From contig NW_027591003.1 of the NCBI RefSeq assembly GCF_964213995.1, forward strand, positions 1 through 64,000: a stretch of DNA of 64,000 bases. Reading direction: 5' to 3'. A model generated the notes under the pieces. The model saw only the letters and a program-made list of their open reading frames with translations. It made no database searches and was not told the origin of the DNA. The stretch comes from Mustelus asterias (taxonomy: Eukaryota). This document shows positions 62,985-64,000 of the stretch, piece after piece. A program made the position numbers and the translations under genes. The stretch's first letter is position 1. Every line of letters begins with the position of its first letter.

Positions 62985-63560
62985 ACTATCCCATCAAAAG
63001 CTTACAGGACAGGAGTAACGTGGTTTTAGCTGAAGAATGCAAAGTTCCCTCTGCATTGCCATATTAAACCCTCCCAAGGCAGGAATAGCATGAGTTACAT
63101 ACAAAGTGAATCTCGCTCTATACTATCCAAATCAAACATTCCCAGAACAGTATACTGTCTAGAAAGAGAGTGAAACTCCCTCTACAAAGTCTGCTCAAAC
63201 AAAATGAAGGCAGAAAGAGCAGTAACTCTCTTCTACGTAAAACCTCTTCTGCACTCTTCCTTCAGAGATTCGGGAGGCAGATTTAAATTAGTGTTAGGTA
63301 CAGGAAAAGAGCTGTCTACACAGTGCCATAAAACACACCCAGGTCAGGTACAGCAGAGATGAGATACGGATTAAATCTTCCTTGACAAAGTCATATCAAA
63401 CATTCAAAAGGAAGGTACAGTGAGTTTAGATGCAGAGTAAATATTCCAAAGACAGGGACAGCAGCGGTTAAATATGGGGACAGATCCTTTGGTACTGCCA
63501 CATTGAATCCTTATCACCAGGTACAGCCGAGGTTAGATACAGAGGAAAATGTATCAAATA
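62985..63560 (+). repeat. Degenerate ~65-70 bp tandem repeat
   Basis: Recurring ATCAAACA.TCCCAGG.CAGGTACAGCA..GGTTAGATACAGAGTAAA.CTCCCTCTACA; a lone related unit lies near 49100-49170. Confidence 0.7.
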
Positions 63561-64000
63561 TACCAAGATCAAAGAATGCTCAAGAGATCTTTTAGAGTCA
63601 AGCTCTTTCACAGATTCCAATTCATTGAATTAAATTCTTTTAGAAGTCTATAACTTTGGCTGAGAGAACACATTGGGTAGACATTGACTTCATGTTGTGG
63701 AGTGAAGGTGACGAACCATTGTGGGGAGATCAGACACTGAAACAGACAGGAGAAAGACAGAGAGATGAAACAGGAAATTTCAATGAATACATTTGCCGTG
63801 TCATTATATTTCGGGATCAGAGGGATGTTTTCCTAATTCTGGACATAGATATCATCATGACGTTTTTCCTCATGTAATTTAAAATCATAGCTTTCAATAA
63901 TATTGAAAAACAATCGTTACTGGAATCCGTTGATTGATTTGCATGTTTGTCTCTATTTCTGTGCTGTGTTGGTGGGGAAATATTTGTTGTGTTTTTGTCA

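Overview
Eukaryotic, repeat-rich genomic DNA from a cartilaginous fish (shark-type HE1 V-SINEs, CR1/HER1, Rex1, Tx1 and Penelope-like fragments). The main gene is a minus-strand IgM-type immunoglobulin heavy-chain mini-cluster at 53252-54597: a leader exon, an intact VH with a 23-RSS, a D1 with 12/22 RSSs, and a germline-joined D2-JH behind one 12-RSS. I find no constant-region exon in the 53 kb downstream. About 5.6 kb past J the J-C intron runs into a doubly truncated Tx1 fragment and then an unrelated head-to-tail segmental duplication (copy A ~12.5-24.2 kb, copy B ~25.1-46.8 kb). Both copies end in a CTCF/NRF1/YY1/RFX promoter-like island, carry a 52-bp minisatellite, and begin in a Penelope end with a minimal hammerhead ribozyme. 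A truncated C2H2 zinc-finger pseudogene follows copy A only. A candidate short terminal exon in the remaining J-C intron could give a constant-region-less VH transcript (speculative). Positions 1-3905 are pyrimidine-rich simple repeats and N runs whose long ORFs are spurious. Repeat boundaries are approximate and read by eye.
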